Below are positions 24,001-35,685 of a DNA stretch of 64,000 bases, piece by piece. Position 1 is the stretch's first letter. Every line of letters starts with the position of its first letter. The position numbers and the translations under genes are program-made. The notes below the pieces were generated by a model that was not told the DNA's origin, ran no database searches, and saw nothing but the letters and a program-made list of their open reading frames with translations. Source of the DNA: Squalus acanthias. Its lineage: Eukaryota. The stretch is taken from positions 124,250,001-124,314,000 of the forward strand of contig CM059432.1 in assembly GCA_030390025.1 (NCBI GenBank). Reading direction: 5' to 3'.

Positions 24001-24852
24001 GGTCCCTTTGTACATCAGCATTTCCCAATCTATCACCATTTAAATAATACTCTGCCTTTCTGTTTTTCCTACCAAAGTGGATAACTTCACATTTATCCAC
24101 ATTATACTGCATCTGCCATGTATTTGCCCACTCACTCAACTTGTCTTTGTCTTTGCATCCTCCTCACAACTCACAATCCCACCTAGTTTCGTGTCATCAG
24201 CAAACTTGGAAATATTACATTTGGTTCCCTCATCCAAATCATTGATATATATATTGTGACTAGCTGGGGCCCAAGCACTGATCCCTGCGGTACCCCACTA
24301 GTCACCGCCTGCCACCCCGAAAAAGACCCATTTATTCCTACTCTGTTAACCAATTTTCAATCCATGCCAGTATATTACCCCCATCCCATGTGCTTTAATT
24401 TTGCACATTAACCTCTTATGTGGGACTTTATCAAAGGCCTTCTGAAAATCCAAATACACCACATCCACTGGTTCTCCCTTATCTATTCTACCAGTTACAT
24501 CCTCAAAAAACTCCAGTAGATTTGTCAAACACGATTTCCCTTTCATAAATCCATGTTGACTTTGTCTAATCCCGTTGATATTAAGTGTCCTGTTATCACA
24601 TCCTTTATAATAGACTCTAGCATTTTCCCTGCTACTGATGTTAGGCTAACCGGTCTGTAGTTCCCTGTTTTCTCTCTCCCTCCTTTTTTAAATAGTGGGG
24701 TTACATTTGCCACCCTCCAATCTGCAGGAACTGTTCAATAATCTATAGAATTTTGGAAGATGACAACCAATGCATCCACTATTTCCATGGCTACCTCTTT
24801 TAGTACTCTGGGATGCAGATTATCAGGCCCTGGGGATTTATCAACTTTCATG
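24001..24852 (-). mobile_element. CR1 LINE RT fragment
   Basis: MKGKSCLTNLLEFFEDVT..VDVVYLDFQKAFDKVPH; FADD codons at about 24190-24205(-); frameshifted. Confidence 0.92.
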
Positions 24853-25084
24853 TGTGAGATTCATTCAGCCATAGCTGCAATGGTTTGGAAATGCCAGCTT
24901 GGTCACTTCTGTTTAGGGAATGGAGCATTTATTACAGCAATAAAATAATTATAACAGTTAAGTGCATGTTTGTTGGGTTTATGCTGTTATTCTGTTGGCA
25001 TTTGTATGTATCTTTGATGTACTATGATTTATTGGTAGATCAAAAATAAAGAATGTTGTAAGATTGCGAGTGAGTCTGAGTGAA

Positions 25085-25275
25085 CCTGATGGGTTTTTAC
25101 AACAATCCGATAGTTTCATGGTCACCATTACTAATACTAGTTTTTTTATTCCAGATTTATTTAATCACCTGAATTTAAATTCCCCCAGCTGCTGGGGTGG
25201 GATTTAAACTCATGTCTTTGGATCATTAGGGCAGTGCCTTCTGGATTACTCATCCAGTAACATTACCACTATGCT
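25085..25275 (-). mobile_element. tRNA-derived SINE 5' fragment (family of 4470-4805)
   Basis: gatgggtttttacaacaatccg...ggtgggatttaaac...ctggattact...cattaccac. Confidence 0.7.
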
Positions 25276-26103
25276 GCCGCTCCTGCGTAGCTTGTATTTT
25301 AAACTGGGGCTAGGTTTTATTTTAAACTGGGGCTCGGTTTTTGTCTTTGGCACTCCTAGCACAAATTTTTGTGTGCTGGGAGCACATAACCAGCAGTTTG
25401 GGTGCACCCTCATGATCTTCCATCCATTCATTTTAATGGATGGTTTATCATGGAGGGGTGGGGGGCGGGGGGGGGGGGGCAGGTGCCTAAAATTCTCAGT
25501 ATGCACCCCCCACTCACAAAGCTCCTCACTGGGAGTGCGAAAGACGAAACCTTCCCCCGGTATATTTAAACTAATTTCTTGCTTTGTTCGAGCATCCTTT
25601 TGTACGTGTGATGATTGCAGCATCCAAACTTTGAGATTTTTGATTTCTCATGAGGGAAAATGAAATGTGGAGCTGAGCAGACCATCAGAGATTTTTCAAC
25701 TGCTTATTGCTCTAGTACCTCCGTCCCAGTGCCGCTTAGTTGATTGAATTGTTGGTGAATGCAATGCAGCAGACAGGTTAAATTGTAACTGAGGGGATGT
25801 GTGTTTCGACTCAGGTGCAGCTTCTGCTCCCTGGCAGCTAATGGAACAATTGTAATAAACTCCAGGTTGACGCCGAGAAAGAATTTAATTACCCCATTGT
25901 TCAGCGGGTGGGCTATTACCCTACCTGCTTATTTTAATTTCTCCCAGCAGCAACTGCCAGATCTGTCTCTGAAAACTCATTAACAATGCTTTAAGAGGCT
26001 TTAGCAAATAACAGCAGATTTTTTCAAAACAATTTAGTTACTAACTTCACCTGCTTTGTTGCGCAGAAAACATGGAATTGTGCAGAAAGGGTAAAAAAAA
26101 AAC

Positions 26104-26244
26104 CTGGTGATTTCAGCTTATTTCCTAGTTTCCACACCCATCTCTGCCATCATCGTTACTACACAATAATGGATCACTGAAATGAAGCTTTTTTCCAGGG
26201 TGTTAATACTGATGGACAACCAGGAAATAAGCTGAAATCACCAG
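26104..26244. repeat. Perfect 23-bp inverted repeat with 95-bp spacer
   Basis: ctggtgatttcagcttatttcct (26104-26126) and aggaaataagctgaaatcaccag (26222-26244). Confidence 0.9.
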
Positions 26245-26284
26245 TTTGACTGCTGGAATAATATTATCGACATTACCCTGGACA

Positions 26285-27760
26285 TACTGGTTTTGACCTT
26301 CCAGAATTCCCTAGATTCTAGAACGGTCCCCGCGGATTGGAAGGTAGCAAATGTAACCCTGCTATTACAGAAAGGAGGGAGAGAGAAAACAGAGAACTAC
26401 AGACCAGTTAGCCTGACATCAGTAGAATCTCTTATTAGGGATGTGGTAACAAGGCACTTAGAAAATAATAATAGGATTGGGCACAGTCATCACGGATTTA
26501 TGAAAGGGAAGTCATGTTTGACAAATCTGTTAAAGTTTTTTGAGGTTGTAACTAGCAGGGTAGATAAGGGCGGAACCAATAGATGTAGGGCATTTAGATT
26601 TTCAGAAAGCATTCAATAAGGTTCCACACAAGAGGTTATTACACAAAATTAGAGCTCATGGGATTGGGAGTAATATATCAGCTTGGATTGAGGATTGGTT
26701 AACGGACAGAAAACAGAGAGTAGGAATAAACGGGTTGGCAGCCTGTGGGGTACTGCAAGGATCAGTGCTTGGGCCTCAGCTATTTACAATCTATATCAAT
26801 GACTTAGATATGGGGGCCGAGTGTAATGTATCCATGTTTGCTAACGATACAAAGCTAGGTGGGAAAGTAAGTTGTGAGGAGGATGCAAAGGGGTATAGAC
26901 AGGTTAAGTGAATGGGCAAGAACATGGCAGATGGAATATCATGTGGAGAAGTGTGAAGTTATCTACCTTGGTAGGAAAATAGAAAAACAGAACATTTTTT
27001 AAAGGGTGAGAGATTGGGAAATGTTGGAATTCAGAGGGACCTGAGTGTCCTTGTACATGAATCACTGAAAGTTAACATGCAGGTACAGCAAGCAATTAGG
27101 AAAGCAAATGGTATGTTAGCCTTTATTACATAAGGATTGGAGTATAAGGGTAAAGAAGTTTTAATGCAATTATATAGGGCCCTGGTAAGACCACACCTGG
27201 AGTACAGTGTACAGTGTTGGTCTCTTTACCTAAGGAAGGATATATTTGCCTTAGAGGGAGTACAACAAAGGTTCACCAGACTGATTCCTAGGATGGGGGG
27301 ATTGTCCTATGAGGAGTGATTGAGGAGACTAGGCCTATATTTTCTAGAATTTAGAAGAATGAGAGGTGATCTTATTGAAACATATAAAATTCTTACAGGG
27401 CTTGACAGGGTAGATGCTGGGAGGATGTTTCCCCTGGCTGGGGAGTCTAGAACTGGAGTCACTGTCTCAGAATAAGGAGTCGGCCATTTAGGACAGAGAT
27501 GAGGAGAAATGTCTTCACTCAGAGGGTGGTGAATCTTTGGAATTCTCTACCCCAGAGGGGTGTGGATGCTCAATCATTGAGTATATTCAAGACAGAGATC
27601 GATAGATTTTTGGAAATTAAGGGAATCAAGGGATATGGGGATAGTGCGAGAAGGTGGAGATGAGGTAAAAGATCAGCCATGATCTTATTGAATGGGTGAG
27701 CTGGCTTGAAGGGCTGTATGACCTACTCCTGCTCCTATTTCTTATGTTCTTATCTTCTTA
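26285..27760 (+). mobile_element. 5'-truncated CR1 LINE
   Basis: Frameshifted ORF2 (VPADWKVANVT, NYRPVSLTS, GKSCLTNL, LVRPHLEY) and ttcttatg tail. Confidence 0.93.
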
Positions 27761-28610
27761 TATACTAATCTTTAGTCACCTCAGAGTTTCTGAGTCTTAG
27801 TCACATTTATCAAAGTTGTTTATTTCCATTTGATTTGGTGGTATTCTTATTTGTATTGTATTTTAGGAGAGCAGTCCTTTGCCCTGAAACTCCACTGCTG
27901 GAAGTGCAGTGGGACAGAGTTTCCACCCGCCTATCTGTCCCAGCTTTGATCCCATCTCAAATCCCAGGGATGTCATTTGCATAAAGTGGAGGGTGCCCGT
28001 GCCATTCATGATGCCACCTGCCACACAGAGGTACAAGGATTTTGGAAAAGCAGCTTCTGCTACATCGGGGTAGTGGAGGTGGTGGAGGAATGGGCAAGTC
28101 TGGCCTAAGTGTTACAATTTGAAAATCTGTCTCATCTATAGTTTTTGTACTATTTCTCCAATGGCAATCTATCTCTCTGAGAGTGATGGCTGTTGGCATA
28201 TGCCATGTGGGCCCCAATTACAGTCGTTGTACGACAAGTATGTCTGGTTGATGGCCATACACTGGACAGAAGTAGTGGGACTTCCAGGGAAACCTAACAT
28301 CCTGCAGTCCCATCTACAAATATGGCATCAGCATGGAGGGTAGGTAGGTCAAAGAAGCCCATCTCTCCGGTCAAAATTCAGCACCCAGGACAGAAAGGGA
28401 TGAAAACACAGCAACAGAGGCTCCCTCCCATCCAGGTCACACTAATACAATGCCCTAAACAGGTCAGAATGTCTAGACCCCAATCTTTTAGAACACTTTC
28501 TGGAAGTAGAGAAGCCGTTGCCTAGTGATTTCCCGTATTTTGTTAAGTATTCTTCAAAACACACAGCTGGGTTTCGCACATCATTCTTTATTGTCCTCCC
28601 AGTTGACATT

Positions 28611-29314
28611 GGGGAGAAAGCCAACTCATGGCCACCCGCTTCTCCAGTGTAAAATCTGCGTTAACACCTTTGAATTTCACGTCGCAACGTGCCACGCTCG
28701 AACTACGCCGTAAATGCGTCGCATGCCATATTGACTCAGGGGACTGTTAGCTGTCCAGGATACCCACCTGAAAGAAGCGTTAGGCTCCTTAAATATGCAA
28801 GTTGGTGCCCTACGCCGGATGTGGGACTCTGAATGCAGGATTCAGGTACAAATAAGCAGATCTTGCACCACACCTGCTCCACCTAGCTGTACCAGGTATT
28901 GAGCCCCTTGACTAGTGATACTGAAAGGAACCACCGGTGGCCACTCAAAACATGGCCCAGGAAAATTTCAGTTTTTACTTTTGTGGACCCAGGAGAAGCA
29001 GGGGTGTTCCTCCTGCACTCGCAAAAAACTTTCGGCCCACTGCCAGCATGTTCAAGGCCCCCCCCCCCAGCTCCCGTCTCCACCACCACTGCTAGGGATT
29101 GCCTCCCCACCCAGACCCAACCTGCAGTGAGCCGGCCGATTTTCCGCCCACCCCAAACAATGAGCTTCAGTGGGGCACCCGTTTGGCCACTGCAGCTTGC
29201 TGCTGGCATTTAAATGATGTCCGAAGCTGAATTTAGCTTGGGCCTCCGGCTGGCACGGAGCCATCGCTCCACAGATCTTACGCCCGTTTTGAGCACAAGT
29301 CGAGTTTCTCAGCC
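28611..29314. mobile_element. Harbinger-type MITE
   Basis: Imperfect TIRs ggggagaaag / gtttctcagcc; shared internal motifs (ccaggagaagcagg, gcatttaaatga). Confidence 0.55.
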
Positions 29315-30185
29315 AGAGTGTGAATATTTATAGACATTCCATTATTTCAGCAAGTGTTTAGTTTTTGTACAGGCCAATACGTAGTGGCACTGGGGCCCAA
29401 TGGTCCCACTAAAAGGAGGGCACTCGTGCCAATGTGCCCCCTATTTTTTTTAACGGGCTGCACGGTCCATTCACTGTTAACATTGGAAAAGCCGGTCCCA
29501 GGCTGCGCGGGACCGGCAGACAGCTGCGCGACCGCACAGCTTCGAGGGGACATTGGGCACTGCTAATAAATAGCAAGCAGTCTGTCCAGAGTGTAATTAA
29601 CATTAGTTAGTTCAGATAATAATTGTTAAATTTGCATATAATACGTTCAATTCCCCTGCAGTGATGACTGGGCAGGGATAGCTTCTAGCCACCATGTGGT
29701 CATATTCAATAGTACCCCTGGCATGTACTAAAGATTCACATATGCATTCTGGATTTGCGTATTCCATATCTTGCCAAGCCCGGGTTCTTGGTGTGGGCCT
29801 AGAGTCACATATCGGCCAGATTGGGTAAGGATGGCAGGTTTCCTTCCCTCGTGGACATTAGGGAAGCAGTTGGGTTTTTGCAACAATCCGACAGCTTCAT
29901 GGTCATCCTGAGTTCTTGTGAGACGCAGCCTGAAATTTACAAGAAATGTATTGACTTATATTTGACGTCATCAATTTATATGCAACAATTACCTGGACTT
30001 CCACAGGTAATACTTTAGAGGGGGCCTTAAAGGGGCAGGCAAGGTTAGCAGCAAAACATCACAACCATGCTGCTGACCTCAGAATGTAAGTGGCACTGCA
30101 GGAGATCTGCCACTGTATGGAAGAAAATATCTTCCCTGGAAAATAATGATCAAATTTCTTATCTTTGAAACTAGCTTTTTCTCAG

Positions 30186-30745
30186 GCCATTAAAATTGAA
30201 GATAAAGAATGGTACTACATCAAAGATGAGTCAAACTGGTCTGAAGCCCAATGATGCTGCAGAACCAGTCACGTGCATCTCAGCAAGTATCAGTAATGGT
30301 CACCATGAAACTATGGGATTGTCGTAAAAGCCCATCTGGTTCACTAATGTCCTTTAGGGAAGGAAATCTTCTGTCCGTACCCAGTCAGGCCTTTATGTGA
30401 CTCCAGACCCACAGCAATGTGGTTGACTCTTAGCTGCCCTCTGAAATGGCGGCTCACCTCCACCTTCTCAAGGGCAATTGGGGATGGGCAATAAATGCTG
30501 GCCTTGCCAGTAACGCCTATATCCCGCGAATGAATTAAAAAAAAATCAGTATCCTTAGTTCATAAGATCAGAATATTATTGTTTCTCCGACTACCACGTC
30601 ATGTACTAAAGACTCTTGGTTCATGAATGGAACTCAATTAATGGCCAACATAGCAATGATCGATCATATACGATGGATGGAATAGGCATGCAATTTATTT
30701 GACCATCACCTCACGAGTCGCAGACCCTCCCATTTATAAGGAGGT
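30186..30745 (+). pseudogene. Possible decayed C-type lectin domain exon, split by a SINE
   Basis: Acceptor tttttctcag, then AIKIEDKEWYYIKDESNWSEAQ*CCRTSHVHL; frameshift to ASI; after the SINE, LSS*DQNII; later QTLPFI. Confidence 0.5.
30292..30547 (+). mobile_element. 5'-truncated tRNA-derived SINE (family of 4470-4805)
   Basis: cccatctggttcactaatgtcctttagggaaggaaatc...gggcaataaatgctggccttgccag plus A-rich tail; agtatc direct repeat at 30286-30291 and 30548-30553. Confidence 0.85.
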
Positions 30746-31827
30746 TCTATATGCTCCGTTGAGTATTAACTGCTCAAATTTATTTTTGGGAGCTAGATAT
30801 CACAGTTTCTGAAATAGCATTGTAAAAATGGGCAGCTATATTTGTAAAACAACATTATTCTATCCTATTTTCCCAGATTACTATCCCTGCTAAAAAGGCC
30901 TGCAATGTAGTTTCCAGGATTTACTATTCCACTTGATGGTCACCATGGGCTAGATTAGTACACAGTAAGGTCTGTCTCGATCCGACCTAATAATTCTATC
31001 TCTCCATGTTAGTCCCATTTAAGCTCCCTCCCTTTTTCTCCCTGTCTCTCTTTCGCTCTTCAAAAAACATTTTTTAAATAATTTACACTGTCTTTCTTGG
31101 TCTCACCTTACCTCATTTTTTAATTCTTTTTCCCAATTGTCCTGCATTTTATTTCAATGTCTCTATTTATTTCTCCATAGTATTTGGTTCCTCTTTTCAT
31201 ATTACTATTCCTGTGCTCTATCTTCCTGATGTCTTCCAGCTCTTTTCCAGTAATCCCCAGGCTATGACCTTACTTCTCTCAGTCTGTGATTTCCTGACTG
31301 GCTCCATCACCAAAATCTCCTGGCTCTGCTCACGACACAGATGTGGGCGCTTTTGTGCCACAAGAGCTGCTGCTCCCACTGTTGCGTTTTACTACTTTGC
31401 ATGGATTTCAAGCTTTATTTTCACCATCATTTGTTAATAATGACTAAAGACTGTGAAAATCAGTAATAACATTTCATTACTCTGACTGCAGGAAGTTAAC
31501 AAACCAATTTTTCACTTAATCCTCTCTTTCATGGGCTCTACCCAATTCATTTAAATTCCTAAGGAGAGATTCTGCAAAGTTTCTCCCTGTTTCAAAACAG
31601 ATATCAAGCAAAACTCCAGAATTCCTATTTTAGCAGCTCAGGAATCATCATGTTCCACACAGCATTCAATTGTCCCTGTCTCTACTTACCATGATGGTTG
31701 CTTCAAACAGTTCATACACAGGGATAGCTTTTAATAGTGAATCTGCGCAGTCCTCAATAAAGTAATCATGCTACTTCAAAAATGGACCAACGTAAAAATA
31801 TTCACGCCAAAAATTCATGTCGCTAAA

Positions 31828-32320
31828 GAAAAAATCTTGCATTAATATAGTGCCTTATCACATCCTCAGGATATCCCAAAGCGCTTCACAACCAATCAAT
31901 TATTTCAGATTTCCAGCATCTGCAGTATTTTGCTTTTGAATTACTTCTGAAATGCAGTTACTTTTGTTATATAGGCAAATGGGGCAGCCAAATTCTGCAC
32001 GGCAAGATGCCCCAAACAGCAAATGAGGTGAATGACCAGTTAATCTGGTTTGGTGATATGGGTTGAGGGAGGAATATTGAGCAGGACCCTAGAAGAACTT
32101 TCTGTTCTTCTTCGAAAGGTACCACACATTATTTCACATCCACCTGAATCACAGGCAGACAGGACTTTAAGTCTCTTCCAAAAGAGTGCACGCTTTCAAC
32201 AATGTAGTAATGCATTGAAATGTCAAGCCTCGACTATGTACTCAGGGTCTGGAATAAGGCTTCAATCCACAACATTCTGACTCAGAGATGATAGGGCGAC
32301 TAGCTGAACCAAGCTGAAGT
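31828..32320 (-). mobile_element. Deu-domain SINE carrying a 36-bp Penelope-end micro-insertion (31903-31938)
   Basis: Reverse-complement Deu tail (cttgcattaatatagtgcc, cccaaagcgcttcaca) through to the tRNA head (ctgactcagag...gctgaacc). Confidence 0.75.
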
Positions 32321-32654
32321 TTCGCATTCATACTCACAAAACAATTATGTCAATTTCTTTCTTAAACTCAAAGTGTGACAATTTTTCTTAAATAAAGTGA
32401 TGTTATGCAAGGCCACTGGGATATATCTTTCTGATCTATCCATTCTACATGCAAAGCAACATTTTGTAGGTCACACTAAATGATTGCTACCATGTGTAGT
32501 AAGTGTGACTGGTTGGAGGAGATTATAAACAGTGGTATGATTTCTTTGATTTTACTTTGATTTTTAGTATATTTATTTCAGTGAGAAAGTTAATTCTATA
32601 AGACTGAACATGTCAAATGGCAGGAGTCATCAGTTTAAATAAGGCATGGTTTCA

Positions 32655-35072
32655 TGTGGGTTCAAATCCCACTCCAGGGACTTGAGCACAAAAATCTCGG
32701 CTGACACTCCAGTGCAGTACTGAGGGTGCGCTGCACTGTCGGAGGTGCCATCTTTTGGATGAGACATTAATCCGAGGCCCCCATCTGCTCTCTCAGGTGG
32801 GTGTAAAAGATCACATGGCACTATTTCAAAGAAGAGCAGGGGAGTTCTCCCCGGTGTCCTGGCCAATATTTATCCCTCAATCAACATCACTAAAACAGAT
32901 TATCTGGTCATTATCACATTGTTGTTTGTGGGAGCTTGCTGTGCGCAAATTGGCTGCCGCGTTTCCTGCATTACAACAGTGATCACCGCCAAATCTGGCT
33001 TGACCACATAAAGCATTATCGGGTCCTGCTCGCGTCTGCCAAAATTGCTCACTATTCCAGAATCATTCTGGAATGCAAAGATAAACCCCAGCTCCTATTC
33101 TCTACTGCTAACCGTCTTCATAAACCCCTCTCCCCTGTCTCCTCCACCCTCAACTCCAATAACAAGTGTGAGGAGCTCACGGACTTCTTTGTATCTAAGG
33201 TTTAGACCATCCATTCAGCTGCCTCTGCCACTTCCTTTCCTTCCCCTAGCCCACTGGACCAAACTTCCTCTAAGGTTCCCCCCTGCCCTAGCCCTGAACT
33301 CACATCTTTCTCCAGTTTCTCTCCGATCTCCCCTCATGACCTCTCTGTGCTCATCTTGTCCATGAGACCCACCTCCTGCTCCCTCGAATCTATTCCCACC
33401 AAACTGCTGACCACCCAACTTCCTATTGTTAACGGTTCTCTCTCCTCAGGTACTGTCCCCCTCTCCCTAAAATCTGCCGTCATCACCCCTCTCCTTAAAA
33501 AAAACCCTTGATCCCTCCGTCCTTGCAAACTACCGCCCCATCTCTAACCTCCCTTTCCTCTCCAAAGTCCTTGAACGTGTTGTCACCTTCCAAATCCATG
33601 CCCATCTTTCCCGTAATTCCATGTTTGAATCCCTCCAATCAGGTTTCCGCCCTTGCCACAGTACCAAAACGGCTCTCATCAAAGTCACAAATGACATCCT
33701 TTGTGACTGTGACAAAGGTAAACTGTCTTTCCTCGTCCTTCTTGACTTGTCTGCAGCCTTCAACATGGTTAACCACTCCATCCTCCTCCAACGCCTCTCC
33801 ACCGTCGTCCAGCTGGGTGGGACTGCACTCGCCTGGTTACATTGTTATCTATCTAATCGTAGGCAGAGAATCACCTGCAACGGCTTCTCTTCCCGCTCCC
33901 GCATCGTTACCTCTGGTGTCCCCCAAGGATCTATCCTTGGCCCCCTCCTATCTCTCATCTACATGTTGCCCCTTGGCGACATCATCCGAAAACACAGCGT
34001 CAGTTTCCACATGTACGCTGACGACACCCAGCTCTACCTCACTACCTCTTCTCTCGACCCCTCCACAGTCTCTAAATTGTGAGACTGCTTGTCCGACATA
34101 CAGTTCTGGATGAGCAAAAATTTTCTCCAATTAAACATTGGGAAGACCGAAGCCATTGTTTTTGGTCCCTGCCACAAACTCCATTCCCTAGCCATTGACT
34201 CCATTCTTCTCCCTAACATCTGTCTGAGGCTGAACCACACTGTTCGCAACCTTGGTGTCATATTTGACCCTGAAATAAGCTTCTGACCACATATCTGCAG
34301 CATAACAAAGACTGCCTACTTCCACCTCCGTAACATCGCCCGTCTCCACCCTTGCCTCAGCTCATCTGCTGCTGAAACTCTCATCCATGCCTTTGTTACC
34401 TCTAGACTTGACTATTCCAACGCACTCCTGGCTGGCCTCCCACATTCCACCCTACATAAACTTGAGGTCATCCAAAACTCGGCTGCCCGTGTCCTAACTC
34501 GCACCAAGTCCCATTCGCCCATCTCCCCTGTGCTCGCTGACCTACATTGGCTCCCATTTAAGCTGCACCTCGATTTAAAAATTCTCATCCTTGTTTTCAA
34601 ATCCCTCCATGGCCTCGCCCCTTCCTATCTCTGTGATCTCCTTCAGCCCCACAACCCCTCGAGATATCTGCGCTCCTCTAATTCTGCCCTCTTGAGCATT
34701 CCTGATTATAATTGCTCAACAATTGGTGGCCGTGCCTTCTGTTGCCTAGGCCCTAAGCTCTGGAATTCCCTGCCTAAACCTCTCCGCCTCACTACCTCTC
34801 TTTCCTCCTTTAAGACGCTCCTTAAAACCTACCTCTTTGACCAAGCTTTTGGTCATCTGCCCTAATTTCTCCTTATGTGGCTCGGTGTCAAATTTTTTGT
34901 CTTAAAATACTCCTGTGCAGCACATTGGGACGTTTTACTACGTTAAAGGCGCTATATAAATACAAGTTGTTGTTGTTGTGATTACACTTCAAAAGTACTT
35001 CATTGGCTGTAAAGCGCTTTGGGACGTCCAGTGGTCGTGAAAGGTGCTATAGAAATGCAAGTCTTTCTTTTC
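32655..35072 (+). mobile_element. Deu-domain SINE (SacSINE1-like) split by an L2 LINE; parts at 32655-32983 and 34978-35072
   Basis: B-box ggttcaaatccc and a well-preserved Deu core; ...ttacaacagtgat joins gtgattacacttcaaaagtacttcattggctgtaaagcgctttggg when the LINE is removed. Confidence 0.9.
32984..34977 (+). mobile_element. 5'-truncated L2-clade LINE
   Basis: RT motifs QSGFRPCHST.TAL, LLDLSAAF, GVPQGSILGPLL, YADDTQLY, LNIGKTE and LHWLP; (gtt)n tail; TSD gtgat (32979-32983, 34978-34982). Confidence 0.93.
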
Positions 35073-35685
35073 TTTATGTTTTAGAATCAATCATTTTATT
35101 CCTAATTCCACATCAATTGATGTCACAGAATCTTGTTGACCTATTTGAACACATAGCATAAACACAAAATAATATTTCGGCAAGGCTACCAAATGTTTAT
35201 GCCACTTATGACTACCCTACGACAAGGCACTTATGTTTTAATGATTCAGAAGTTATCAGGTTGGGTCATTAATGGAATAAGTACTGCAAACGTCTGCTGC
35301 TACGACACATCCTTCACTTTTCTTATTACTAACAGTCCTGGTAATGCTCGGATAATTATATAGTACAGAGACTGGAGGAAGGCAGGATATAATTAAAGTA
35401 ATTAACTTCCATGGAACATTTATAAATCAATTATAATATTCTGATATTCATATTGGTTTATTTCTTGTAATTTAAAAAATCTGTCCATTAACGTATGTGA
35501 GGTAAACACTGAACTACACTGAAACCTCAGATGGATATTTTAAAGGGGAAGTGTATTTTTCTGATTTGCCATATAATCCGAAATGTTGTCTCTGTGTTGA
35601 CTCAGTCCCCTGTTCCTGTGTTTTAGGTGACAAAACTGGTGGTGAGGTGTAATCTGGCAACAGACATTTTGTATGAAAAAAAATT

